Below the pieces are notes generated by a model. That model saw only the letters and a list, made by a program, of their open reading frames with translations, was not told where the DNA came from and searched no databases. Positions 12,897 to 25,307 of a stretch of DNA of 64,000 nt are shown piece by piece. Source of the stretch: Squalus acanthias (lineage: Eukaryota); the NCBI GenBank assembly GCA_030390025.1, contig JASTWF010000035.1:3844001-3908000 (forward strand), in the 5' to 3' direction. Every line of letters starts with the position of its first letter. Position 1 is the first letter of the stretch. A program made the translations under genes and the position numbers.

Positions 12897-13812
12897 GCGA
12901 AGGTTCCTCAGTGAAGACCTGCTGTGGATATGGCCTCCTGCACAGTTCCCTCCTCCTCCCTCTTGTCCCAGCTGCTTCTGCTCTGCAGTCTTCCTTGCTG
13001 CTCCTCCTCCTCTATTCCCAAAGGCATCCCTACCAGACCACCCATAACTGCAGTCAAACTGTTTATTATTGCTGATAACGGTGCACCACCAGCAAAATCA
13101 TCATCTCAGCAAACAAACTGAACTTTCCAGAGTCAGAAAACGTATCAAAGAACAGCCCGAAGTTAACCAGCAGCCTGAAATTACAAACCAGCAATTAACC
13201 TGTATGTATTGCATAATCCCGTTAAATTCTTCTTCTCCTTCTTAGGCAGTCCCTCGGAACCGAGGATGACTTGCTTCCACATTAAAAATGAGTTCTCAGG
13301 TGACTCAGACCTGGCACTAAGCTCATGGTCTACAGAGCAGCAATGATACCTGCCCTGCTGTATGCCTCAGAGACATGGACCATGTACAGCAGGCACCTCA
13401 AAGCACTGGAGAGGCACCACCAACGCTGCCTCCGCAAGATCCTGCAAATCCATTGGCTGGATAGGCGCACCAACCTCAGTGTTCTCGCTCAGGCCAACAT
13501 CCCCAGCATCGAAGTTTCCCTTTAAATAGTGCTGGTGGAATGTCCTTCCTGCCTGTTAGCTCCATGAGTTGCTGAGCGAGTTTAGCACGTGGTGAGTCGG
13601 GAGCTGGACTAGACCAAAATCAGGAAAAGGGCCTCCAAGAAGCTCGGGACTCATATTTCAATATGTTCGTCATTTTAAATATTCTGGCATGCGCTGTCAA
13701 TGTCTACAGAGAAGCCCGATTCAATATGGTGGCAGTCCTCTTCTGGCTCGAAATGAGCGCCCTCTTCCTGCCTGCCCGAAAACGGGTGCAGCAAGATTGA
13801 ATTTCTAGGCCC
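12897..13812 (-). mobile_element. Harbinger element 5' part: terminal repeat, upstream region and transposase N-terminus (piece 1 of 4)
   Basis: Minus-strand end GGGCCTAGAAATT at 13812-13800; N-terminus MGGLVGMPLG..RRRELCRRPYPQQVF at about 13047-12910. Confidence 0.6.
13228..13512 (+). mobile_element. RTE-clade LINE relic (5' end joined to an RT C-terminal segment)
   Basis: 5' motif TTCTTCTTAGGCAGTCCCTCG..GAGGATGACTTGCTTCCAC and ORF 13325..13525 VYRA..PALLYASETWT..HQRCLRKIL.I.W.D. Confidence 0.75.
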
Positions 13813-14299
13813 TGGAGTTTGACACGGCAAACTGATATCAGTTACTTCAAGAACTGCTTCTTTTCACAACGCCACCTTTGTGGAGGAGAGCTGGAAATGA
13901 AAAGCAAAGTAGATTATTGACCTAAAAAAAGAACTAAAGTACCTTGTTCAGTGATTCAAAGTCTCCTGTGCAACTGAACATTATCTCTTCTCCCATTTCA
14001 ACCTTACTGAAAGGTGAGATAGAAGAGTGGTTTTTGGAAATGGTTGAAGTTAAACTTTCCAATTTCAGTGTATAACTACCTTAGTCAGGACTTTGTTACA
14101 CTGGAAGGATTCCGTACTATATTTCTTTACAATTACTAACTGATTTGTAGAATTCACTTTGTATTATGGTAGATATAATGAGCTACAGTAAATTGTGTAA
14201 GGCCATCCCATAACATTTATTGAAAAATCTATTTACTCCAAATTAATCTCTAAGTTAATTTGCTCTGTTAAAGGTACAAATTTATAATAAGTGGGATTA

Positions 14300-14760
14300 T
14301 CAACGCTATACAGGACAAAGCAGTCCGCTTGTTTGGCACCCCATCCACCACTTTAAACATCCACTTCTTCCACCACCAGCGCACCGTGGCTGCAGTGCGT
14401 ACCATCTACAAGATGCACTGCAGCAACTCGCCAAGGCTTCTTCGACAGCACCTCCCAAACCCGCGACCTCTACCACCTAGAACGACAAGGGTAGCAGGCG
14501 CATGAGAACACCATCACCTGCAAGTTCCCCTCCAAGTCACACACCATCCTGACTTGGAAATATATCGCTGTTCCTTCATCGTCGCTGGGTCAAAATCCTG
14601 GAACTCCCTCCCAAACAGCACTATGGGAGTAACTTCCCAACATGACTGCAGCTGTTCAAGAAGAAGGCAGCTCACCACCACCTTCTTGAGGGCAATTAGG
14701 GATGAGCAATAAATGCTGGCCTTGCCAGCGACGCCCACATCGCAGAATGAGTTTTTAAAA
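14300..14760 (+). mobile_element. 3' end of a CR1/L2-group LINE, same family as 62500-63565
   Basis: Nearly the same sequence as 63130-63560 (ACAAGATGCACTGCAGC..CAAAATCCTGGAACTCCCT..GGGCAATAAATGCTGGC). Confidence 0.75.
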
Positions 14761-14789
14761 ATGAGTAGCAAACAAGTTTTTTAAAAATA

Positions 14790-15360
14790 ACAACAGAAAA
14801 CGCTGGAAAAACTCAGCGGGCCAGACAACATCCGTGGAGAGAGAAAGAGTTAACGTTTCAGGTCGATGACCGTTCGTCAGAACTGGGAAGAGCCGGAAAT
14901 CAAATAGATTTAAGGCCAGGGTAAAGCTGGGAAAAGGGGGAGGGGATAAAGGAACAAAGGGGGAGATGAAGAGACATTAAGAGATATGCAAGGCTAGAGG
15001 TGGTGTTAATGTGACAGATTAAGGCTGAAAGAAGTGTGAAATCCACTGGCAGAATGAAGGACAGCTGCCAGCTTCTAGGAGGAAAAAAAAGGTGGGGGGG
15101 GGGCAAATAAAAGGGTGTAAAAAATAAAATATAAATGTGATTGGAGCTGAGGTTATGATCTAAAATTGTTGAACTCGATATTGAGTCCAGAGGGCTGTAG
15201 CGTGCCTAAACGAAAGATGAGGTGCTGTTCCTCGAGCTTACGCTGCGCTTCCGTGGAACAGTGTAATCGGCCAAGGACGGTGAGGTCAGAGTGGGAGTGA
15301 AGCGGTGAATTAAAGTGACAGGCGACCGGGAGCTCGGGGTCCCCCTTACGGACTGAACGG
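14790..15360 (-). mobile_element. Penelope-like element 3' end (GIY-YIG C-terminus, 3'UTR/pseudo-LTR)
   Basis: ORF 15153..15395 reads PVACHFNS..HS.SDL..RKLEEQHLIFRLGTLQPSGLN; a hammerhead-like motif follows downstream. Confidence 0.85.
14848..14884 (-). ncRNA. Minimal type-I hammerhead-ribozyme-like motif
   Basis: AGUU-CUGACGA-AC-GGUC-AUC-GACC-U-GAAA-CGUU-AACU, with stem I AGUU/AACU. Confidence 0.65.
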
Positions 15361-15645
15361 CTAGACTGAGATGAAAAGTGGTGGATGATGTACAAAGATC
15401 ATCACAGTGAAAAGGCTGGAAAGAGTATGCACATCGATACATGCTAACAAAAACTCCCAAATGGAAGAGCGCAAGTGTATGGGAGAAATAAACAGCAGTT
15501 ACATGTAAGAGAGACCAAAGGCAGATTCCCTTCACAGAAGTACATTAATTAACCAGTAAGGATTTTAATACATTTTAGTGCTTGCAGGAAGTTACAAAAT
15601 TTATTGAATTCAATTTCATAACTTCTGTGTGCATTGGATAACTGC

Positions 15646-16287
15646 TTAGCTGTGGCTCAGTGGTAGCACTCTCACCTGAGTCAGAAGGTTGTGAGTTCAA
15701 GTCCCTAGTTCCAAGACTTGAGCCCATAATCCAGGCTGGCACTTCAATGCAGTACTGAGGGAGTGCCGCACTGTTGGAGGTGCCATCTTTCAGATGTGAC
15801 GTTAGGACTGAGATGAGGAGGAATTTCTTCACCCAGAGAGTGGTGAACCTGTGGAATTCTCTACCACAGAAGGCAGTTGAGGCCAATTCATTAAATATAT
15901 TCAAGAAGGAGTTAGATATATTTCTTAAGGCTAAAGGGATCAAGGGATATGGGGAGAAAGCAGGAACAGGGTACTGAATTTGGATGATCAGCCATGGTGG
16001 AGCAGGCTCGAGGGGCCGAATGGCCTACTCCTGCTCCTATCTTCTATGTTTCTAAACCGAGGCCCCGTCTGCCCTCTCAGGTGAACGTAAAAGATCCCAT
16101 GGCTCTATTCGAAGAAAAAGGAGTTTTTCCCCGGTGTCCTGGCCAATATTTATCCCTCAACCAACATCATATAAAACAGATTATATGGCCATTATCTCAT
16201 TGCTGTTTAGGGATCTTGCTGTGCAAATTGGCTGTGGTGTTTCCTGCATTACAACAGTGACTGCACTTCAAAAGTACTTCATTGGCA
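15646..16287 (+). mobile_element. tRNA-derived SINE interrupted by a CR1 3' fragment (about 15802-16052)
   Basis: A box TGGCTCAGTGG and B box GAGTTCAAGTCC; the body matches the reverse copy at 19670-20260; CR1 ORF 15774..15977 lies inside. Confidence 0.8.
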
Positions 16288-16639
16288 AGTCTTTCTTTTT
16301 GCTTTGCTGATTTCAAGGAAAAATCTTGGTGCAAACATTTGAGGGATCCTTGATTGGTGGTAGATTTACTGATAAACAAGATAAACAATATTTGGTGAGG
16401 TATGGCAATCAAGGAAAAGTGTCACTCATGGTTCGGGCAGCAACAGGCAAGCCAGGTGTATTCTATTAAAGCTTCCAAAGATGTTGACAAAGATCGTATG
16501 ATGTACTCCTAATGCATGAATAATTCTTTCCATAATCACTGGCCCAAAACAACCTCAGTCACGCCACTATATTCAGACTCATTTTAAATCAAGCTATTTT
16601 AATTTCTTCACTGTAATATTTTGTGGTTGTTCATCATCT

Positions 16640-18058
16640 TCTCTATCTCCCTCATCATCCAAGGAGCCCTTGCTTTGGTTCCCTTACACTTCCCTTTTGT
16701 TGGAATGTACCTAGCCTGTACTTGGAACATCTCCTCCTTTAAAGATCACCCATTGATCTGTTACAGTTTTACCTGTCAGTCTTTGGTTCAATTTTACCCT
16801 GGCTAGATCCCCTCTCATCCCATTGAAGTTAGCCCTATTCCAGTTTAAAAGTTCCACTCTAGATTGTTCCTTGCACCTCTCCATCGCTAATCTAAATCTT
16901 ATGATACGATGATCACTCGTACCCAAGTGTTCTCCCACTGACACTTGGTCGACCTGACCCACCTCATTCCCCAGCACCAGATCCACCAATGCCTCCTTCC
17001 TAGTTGGGCCAAGAACATACTGGTCAAGGAAATTCTCCTGAACACATTTCAGAAATTCCTCCCCCTCCTTTCCCTTTACCCTAGCATTATCCCAATCAAT
17101 ATTTGGGTAATTAAAGTCCCCCAATATCACCACTCTATAGCTCTTGCACATCTCTGCGATTTCCCTGCAGATTTGCTCCTCTACCTCCCTCTCACTATTT
17201 GGAGTACTATAGAATACCCCCCAATAGCGTGATCATACCCTTTTTTGCTCCTCAACTCTAACCAAATGGATTCTGTCCTTGTTCCCTCAAGAACATCCTC
17301 CCTTTCCAACACTACAATGTCTTCCTTAATCAGCACTGCCACCCCACCTCCCTTTTTTTCTTCCCTATCTTTTCTGAACACCTTGTAACCTTGAATAATA
17401 AGTGCCCAGTCCTCACCATTTTTAAGCCACGTTTCCGTTATTGCCACATCATATTGCTACACGGCTAATTGTGCTTGTAGCTCACCAACCTTATTCACCA
17501 CACTTTGTGCATTTATGTACATGCATTCTAAACCCATTTTTGAATTTTTCGTAGTCTTTCTTACTCTGCTCCTATCTAATGTGGTACTACTTCCGCCTCT
17601 AGTACTATCCAACACACTCACTCTTTTATGCACCTTCTTCCTCTTTTCTACTCCTATATGTTGGTGCCCATCCCCCTGCCAAGTTAGTTTAAACCCTCCC
17701 CAACAGCACTAACAAACCTCCCCGCGAGAATATTGGTCCCAGCTCTGTTGAGGTGTAACCCATCCGACTTGTACAGGTCCCGCCTTCCCCAGAAACGGTC
17801 CCAATGCCTCAGGAATCTAAAGCCCTCCCTCCTGCACCATCTCTCCAGCCACGCATTCATCTGTTCTATCCTCCTATTCCTGTACTCACTAGCACGTGAC
17901 ACCGGGAGTAATCCTGAAATTACTACCTCTGAGGTCCTGCTTTTTAATCTCTTTCCTAGCTCCCTAAACTCTGCCTGCAGAACCTCGTCCCTCTTTCTGC
18001 CGATGTCGTTGGTAGCGATGTGGACAACGACCTCTGGCTGTTCACCCTCCCCCCTGTC
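16640..18058 (-). mobile_element. CR1 fragment (ORF1 esterase C-terminus and ORF2 APE)
   Basis: ORFs 17684..18100 (HIATND, DGLHL), 17181..17447 (ITETWL) and 16711..17151 (GDFNYP, SDH). Confidence 0.9.
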
Positions 18059-19230
18059 CTGCAGCTGCTCAGTGAGCTTGGTGATGTGTAAAAGACCCAA
18101 ATTGCGAACAAGACCGTATGGGCTTTGGGGAAAATGTTAACTTTGTGTTGCCTATTCCAGTGCAACCATGGGCTCTGTGTATCACTGAAAAGCAGGATCT
18201 TAATGAGCACAATATTGTGAATGATTTGTGCTATTCATAATACTGACGTCCGCAGTTCAACTTCCTGTGCACATGCAGACGATACACTCCCTAAATGCTT
18301 ATCTTTTAATAGAGGACAATGTGTTGATGCATGGGGTGAAGATAGTTTACTAAACTTGTGAAAAAAGTAAAATAATTCCAAGGGTGTGAATACCAGAGCA
18401 CATTACAAATAGAAGTGCATTTAGCTTGGGAAATGATGGTGTCTTTGGTTAATTGGAATAACTCAGAGAAGTGTCTGTCACATAGTCCCCAAAAAGATTG
18501 TTTAAACAAAGAAAATATTTCTACTGGCAACAATAGAAAAAAACAAACATGGATGTCCCAATGTGCTTCACGACTAATGAATTACTTTCAAACTGTTGCT
18601 ATACAGCTAAATGCAGCAGCAAAGTCCCACAAATAGCAGTGAGATAAATGACCAGAGAATCTGTTAAATCTTAGCCAGGATACCGAGAAAACTCCCCCGC
18701 TTCTCTTCAAATAATGGCATGGGATATTTTGTGTCTACCTGAACAGGCAGACAGGACCTTGGTTTATCCAAAAGACTAATTCAGTGTACGTTATTAAAAA
18801 TCATTTAGATTCTGTATAGAATTTTTAACATTTTGTTTAAGATTAAGGTCAACGGCAAATTTTTCAGATGCTCAGCCACACTTTCCCACCCCCTGATGTA
18901 CCTGGCGTGTCATCACAGCCGAAACTACCCCCAAACCTTCCCGCTCCTGTAGGTTACTTTCTAACTTGCTATGTACCTAAATGCAGCAGCCAATTTGAAA
19001 GTAATTCATGTGTATCGGAAGATATTACAGCCTTCCAGTTCCCCCTCCCCCCAAATCTTTGATCGCGCCCCTGCCCTGGTGTGATATCTGGCTGCAGGTT
19101 CTGGTGTGCTAATGCAATCTGCACCTCCATCTCCTTTTCTGGCCACGTCCTGGTCTGCTGTCACACCCTGCAACTTCACTAGGCCATCACATTCTCCACA
19201 CATCCTACAGCTTTCCTTGGGCCTCGTCAT

Positions 19231-19512
19231 AATATCACACCCTGCAGCTCTCCCGGACCCTGGCGTGATATCACACCCTGCAGCTCTCCCGGGCCCTGGT
19301 GTGATATCACACCCTGCAGCTCTCCCGGACCCTGGTGTGATATCACACCCTGCGGCTCTCCCGGGCCCTGGTGTGATATCACACCCTGCAGCTCTCCCGG
19401 ACCCTGGTGTGATATCACACCCTGCGGCTCTCCCGGGCCCTGGTGTGATATCACACCCTGCAGCTCTCCCGGACCCTGGTATGATATCACACCCTGCAGC
19501 TCTCTTGGATCC
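19231..19512. repeat. 36-bp minisatellite, about 8 copies
   Basis: Unit GTGATATCACACCCTGCAGCTCTCCCGGACCCTGGT. Confidence 0.95.
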
Positions 19513-19671
19513 TCCAACATAATATGGATCCAGTTTAGCAATGGTATCCTCTGTGATATTACAGCTTCCTCAGACCCTTTTTGAATACTAGTTACTCCAT
19601 CACTATTGAACATACTAGGGAATTTTGATTGAGTGAATATAAGTTAATCATTTACATATGAAGTATTTTAA

Positions 19672-20258
19672 CCTGTTGTAAAAGACTTGCAAATATAAAG
19701 CGCCTTTCACGACCTTGGGATGTTCCAAAGCGCTTTACAGTCAACAAAGTACTTTTGAACACAAGCAAAATACTGAGTATGCTGGAAATCTGAAATAAAA
19801 ACAGAAAATGCTGGAAACACTCAGCAGGTCAGGCAGCATCTGTAGAGAGAGAAACAGGGTTAACGTTTCAGGTCGATGACCCTTCGTCAGAACTCTGTTT
19901 CTCTCTCTACAGATGCTGCCTGACCTGCTGAGTATTTCCAGCATTTTCTGTTTTTATTTCATAGAAACATAGTACTTTTGAAGTGTAGTTACTGTTGTAA
20001 TGCAGGAAACGCAATGAGATAATGAACAGATAATCTGTTCTAGTGGTGTTGGTTGAGGGATAAATATTGGCCCAGGACACCGGAGAGAATGCCACTGCTC
20101 AAAAATAGTGCCATGGGATCTTTATTATCTCATCTAAAAGACGGCACCTCCAACAGTGCGGCACTCCTTCGGTACTGCACTGGAGTGTCAGCCTAAATTC
20201 TGTGCTCAAGTCTTTGGAGTTGGATTTGAACCCACAACCCACTGAGCCACAGCTGACA
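19672..20258 (-). mobile_element. tRNA-derived SINE, same family as 15646-16287, carrying a hairpin insertion
   Basis: Reverse complement of the SINE head and body, with an L2-like tail (GGCGCTTTATATTTGCAAGTC on the minus strand). Confidence 0.75.
19760..19970 (-). mobile_element. Penelope pseudo-LTR-derived palindromic insertion (MER6-like) with a hammerhead core in the loop
   Basis: 71-bp inverted arms at 19791-19861 and 19891-19961; the loop reads CUGACGA..GAAACGUU on the minus strand; 12-bp TSD AGTACTTTTGAA. Confidence 0.8.
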
Positions 20259-22136
20259 TCTGTTTTAATTTGTGCCTGTTACCTTGATACTGGAGACCTA
20301 TTCTCATTTGTTAGCGAGTTTGGGGTTTACATGGTCAGATTGAAGTCCATTCAGATAGAAATAGATGGAATGCCCAGTGCATTCTAATTGTGTAATATGT
20401 GAACAGGATGTAAGTTACTGTAATTATGGTTAGCCATTAGCCCTACAGTAGACAGAATAAGTATTCTGTTAGAAAACATCAAAAAATTCTACTTTAAAGA
20501 GCCATTAGACTGTATTTTATATATTGTTTGATTGCATGGTGAATGATAATCTGAGTTTTTGCATGAATAATTATACCAGTAGAGCCCTCTCACAGTTCAT
20601 TGAATAGATATTGTGGGATGATAATGAGTCACACAGACCAGAAATGTCCCAGGTTCCATTCCTGCACCGTGCTGAGATATCTGATCTCCCCAGGGCGGCA
20701 GGAGGGACCCTACATTTAACCTCCATGTCTCTGAGCTAAGGGAGGAATGAACACCAGCCAGGGTGCTACATCCAGTACTATCCAGTGCTGGAAAGTCATG
20801 GACATCAGCTAAGGACTGGACTTAGCTGTGAAACCACACTAGAACAATCTCCAACACTCGCATGCCAGGCACACATGAAGAATGGCTACTTGGCTGAAAT
20901 GTCAAAATGTAGTTTGTGCCTGTTGAACTGTACCCACCACCTTCAGGAGAGAAAGGGTTAGAAAAACTGAAAATTGTAGCAACAGCACCTTATTTATATT
21001 TCAGGGCCAGCACCAAAACTGTTCTATGGCACAATTATGGAACCTGTCACTTTAAAGAAGTAACAAAAGTGAATATTTAATGTTTTTAATGTTACTGTAA
21101 AAAGATTTGACACCAAATTTTAAATTACTAATGTTTAATTTCTGCAAGAAAACTAGATAAAAATGTTTGAAGAACAAAAACCCTTGGCTTCATTAAAAAG
21201 CTTTTACATTATTAGGTATACTTTGAACTTAAGAATCAAATATGCACCTTCAAGAAGGCGGCTCACCACCTCAAGGGCAATTAGGGATGGGCAGTAAATG
21301 CCGGCCTTGCCAGCGACGCCCACAACCCGTGAACAAATAAATTAAAAAAACGATTGGAATTTCTCATTCACAACACGATGCAGCAGGTGGACCCCTGTTT
21401 TCACCAGCAAGTATGTACATTGCTTGATCAGGTGTAATTGTTCACTGTGCTCTGCAACAGCTCAGAAAAAATGCTTTACATTCAGTATAGTCTTAAAGGT
21501 AAATTCAGCGATGTTGTACTTGGAGAGCAGGGGTTGGAGAATCTGTTACAGCCCCTATATCTGACCAATGTTCACTTCCAGCCTGACATCCCACCAAATG
21601 CATGATCGCTGAACTTACCAGGGTTGTCAGACCGCCACCGCCAATGTTTGCATCAAAAAGTGAACATTTGGGTTTGCTGAACGATACAGAGCACTTTTCT
21701 CGGCAAAGCACATAGCTCCCTGTTCGCTTTCAGCATTTTGCCTTGTTTGACTAATTCACTAGGTTTGGAGGGGTATGCTGATGGAGTTATTATTACAGCG
21801 TTACCTCATTTCTTTGAATAGACAAGTCTGATTTGACAGATGAGCTTGGAAGATTTGGTTCCCTGGGTTACTGTTCCTGTGAGATACTTGAATATGGATC
21901 ATTCCTCATTCCAGCTGCTTAATAAGAAAGCTTTAGATGCACTTTAGATGTTGCTGCTTTCATTATCAATCATCTTTGGGATTGTAAGCAATGGCAATGA
22001 AATGTATATTTAATATTTTATGATTAAATGTTAAAATGAATTAAACAGACTACTTCCTGAGCGCTTCATGTCTTATTTTATCACTACAGAAGGTTAGGTG
22101 CAACAATTAATTTTCTTCAAGGGTTTGAATTATATA

Positions 22137-23206
22137 AGAACATACGAAATAGGAACAGGAGTAGGCCATTTGGCCCTTCGAGCCTGCTCCGCCATTAATT
22201 AAGATCATGGCTGATCTTCTACCTCATCTCCACTTTCCTGCACATCCCCATATCCCTTGATTCCCTTAATATTCAAAAATTTATCGATCTCTGTTTTGAA
22301 TATACTCAACAACTGAGCCTCCACAGCTCTCTGGGGTAGAGAATTCCAAAGATTCACCACCCTCTGAGTGAAGAAATTTCTCCTCATCTCAGTCCTAAAT
22401 GGCCGACCCCTTATTCTGAGACTGTGACCCCTGGTTCTAGACTCCCCAGCCAGGGGAATCATCCTCCCTACATTAACCCTGTCAAGCCTTGTAAGAATTT
22501 TGTATGTTTCAATGAGATCACCCCTCATTCTTCTAAACTGTAGAGAATATAGGCCCAGTCTACTCAATCTCTCCTCATAGGACAATCCCCCCATCCCAGA
22601 AACCAGTCTGGTGAACCTTCGTTGCACTCCCTCTATGGCAAGTATATCCTTCCTTAGGTAAGGAGACCAAAACTGTACACAATACTCCAGGTGTGGTCTC
22701 ACCAGGGCCCTATATAATTGCAGTAAGAGAGGGTGCAGAGGAGATTTACCAGAATGGTTCTGAGGATGGGGGATCTTAGCTACAAGGACAGGTTGGGAGA
22801 AGCTGGATTTGTTTTCATTAGAGCAAAGGAGGTTGAGGGGTGATTTGATAGAGGTGTACAAGATTATGACGGGTTTGGATAGGCTAGACAGGGAAAGGCT
22901 GTTCCCACTAGTTGATGGTACAAGGACTAGGGGACACAGATTTAAGGTTTTGGGCAAGAGATATAGGGGGGACGTGAGGAAAAACGTTTTTACGCAGCGA
23001 GTGGTGAGGACCTGGAACTCGCTGCCGACGGAAGTGGTGGAAGCGGACACACTGAATGTTTTCAAGGGGAGACTGGATAGGCACTTGAGGGAAATAAACT
23101 TGTAAGGCTATGGGGATAGAGTGGGGGAATGGGACTGGCGATTGCTCTACAGAGAGCCGGCACAAACTTGATGGGCCGAATGGCCTCCTTCTGTGCCGTT
23201 ATGACT
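22137..23206. mobile_element. Two head-to-head CR1 3' fragments (minus 22137-22725, plus 22726-23206)
   Basis: ORF 22205..23065 is a chimera of sense and antisense CR1; ORF 22809..23105 is the plus copy. Confidence 0.85.
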
Positions 23207-23405
23207 ATATTCTCATGTGTCTATTTGATCTGCTTTTCTATTTTTTCTACCAAAGTGGATAACTTCACATTTCTCCACATTATATTCCATTTGCCATGTT
23301 CTTGCCCACTCACTCAGCCTGTCTATATCCCCTTGAAGCCTCCTTGCATCCTCCTCACAACTTACATTCCCACCCAGCTTTGTATCATCAGCAAACTTGG
23401 ATATA

Positions 23406-23818
23406 CAGGAAACTTTCGTTTATCCGGCACCCAAATATCCGGAATTCTCGCTTAACCGGCAAAAATCATCCTCCGAAAACTCCTCTCAAATAACCGGCAA
23501 TGTTGCCGAGTCGCAGTCGAGTCTCCGCGAACGCCGAGTGCTCCGAAAAATCCTCTCAAATAACCGGCAATGTTGCCAATCCCGAGTCCGCGAACGCCGA
23601 TTTAGTCAGTAGGGGTACTTTTCAAAAGTGCCACTACTCGGCCTCCTGGCGCTGTCGCAAGTCCGAAACATTGCAGTAGCTTGAATAGATTCTCCCGTGC
23701 TGCTTGGAGTCTCTTTGTTAAAAATAGCCTCGGTAGATATAACTCTCTGTTATCCGGTACTTTCGATAAACCGGCACCACGCCGGTCCCGTCGATGCCAG
23801 ATAAACGAAAGTTTCCTG
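23406..23818. mobile_element. Tc1/mariner-pogo (Tigger-like) MITE, 413 bp
   Basis: 24-bp TIR CAGGAAACTTTCGTTTATCYGGCA (1 mismatch); TA duplication at 23404-23405 and 23819-23820. Confidence 0.9.
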
Positions 23819-25048
23819 TATTACATTTGGTCCCCTCATCCAAATCATTGATGTAGATTGTGAACAGCTGAGGCCCAAACACTGATCCTTTCGGTACCCC
23901 ACTAGTTACAGGCTGCCGACCCGAAAATGACCCGTTTATTCCTACTCTCTGTTTTCTGCCCATTACCCAATCCTCAATCAATGCTAGTATATTACCCCCA
24001 ATCCCATGAGCCCTAATTTTGTTTAATAACCTCTTGTGTGGCACCTTATCGAATGCCTTCTGAAAATCTAAATACACCACATCCACTGGTTCCCCCTTAT
24101 CTATTCTGCTAGTTACAACCTCAGAAAACTTTCGACAGATTTGTCAAACACGATTTCCCTTTCATAAATCCGTGTTGACTACCCAATCCTATTATTATTT
24201 TCCAAGTGCCCTGTTACCACGTCCTTAATAATACATTCTCGCAGTTTCCCTACTACTGATGTCAGGCTAACTGGTCTGTAGTTCCCCGTTTTCTCTCTCC
24301 CTCCTTTCTTAAATAGTGGGGTTACATTTGCTACCTTCCAATCCACAGGAAGCGTTCCAGAATCTATGGAATTTTGGAAAATGACAACCAATGCAACCAC
24401 TATCTCTATAGCCATCTCTTTCAAAACCCTAGGATGTAGGCCATCACGTTTCAATGAGATCCCCTCTCATTCTTCTAAACTCTAGTGAATACAGGCCTAG
24501 TCGACCCAATCTCTCCTCATACGACAGTCCTGCCATGCCAGGAATCAGTCTGGTGAACCTTCGCTGCACTCCCTCTATGGCAAGTATATCTTTTCTTAGG
24601 TAAGGAGACCAAAACTGCACACAGTACTCCAGGTGTGGTCTCACCAAGGCCCTGTATAACTGTAGTAAGACATCCTTGCTCCTGTACTCAAATCCTCTTG
24701 CAATGAAGGCCAACATACCATTTGCCTTCCTAACTGCTTGCTGCACCTGCATGTTTGCTTTCAGTGACTGGTGTACAAGGACACCCAGGTCCCTCTGTAC
24801 ATCAACATTTCCAAATCTATCACCATTTAAATAATACTCTGCCTTTCTGTTTTTCCTACTGAAGTGGATAACTTCACATTTATCCATGTTATACTGCATC
24901 TGTCATGTATTTGCCCACTCACTCAACTTGTCTAAATCGCCTTGAAGCCTCTGTGCATCCTCCTCACAACTCACAATGCCACCTAGTTTTGTATCAAAAA
25001 TGAGGAGTCGCACAACACCAGGTTATAGTCCAACAGATTTATTTAATT

Positions 25049-25087
25049 TTACAAGCTTTCGAAGCAGTTCGCTCCTTCGTCAGGTAA
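25049..25087 (-). ncRNA. Minimal hammerhead-ribozyme-like motif in the Penelope pseudo-LTR
   Basis: UUAC-CUGACGA-A-GGAGC-GAACU-GCUUC-GAAA-GCUU-GUAA. Confidence 0.7.
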
Positions 25088-25307
25088 GTTAGCAATGAGA
25101 GAATCTCCCAGAATTCACAATTTAAACCCAGACAAAATCTATTCGCATTATTCTCTACAACAAAGAGCACAGCCAAGACAATGAGATGTGTCCCAGGGGG
25201 TCCAACGTGTCAAACCACCTGCTGGCTGCATATCCTTTCAATTTGTGTTCTTGTGTTAGGCTTTTTAAAAAAAAAAAACACCTGGGAAGACCGGCCATGA
25301 TGTCAAG

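Noticed and set aside
13820..14010. Two small minus-strand exons
   Set aside because: The implied intron is only about 50 nt and the peptides are unrecognisable
15646..15715. tRNA gene
   Set aside because: A and B boxes are present but there is no full cloverleaf, and it continues into a SINE body
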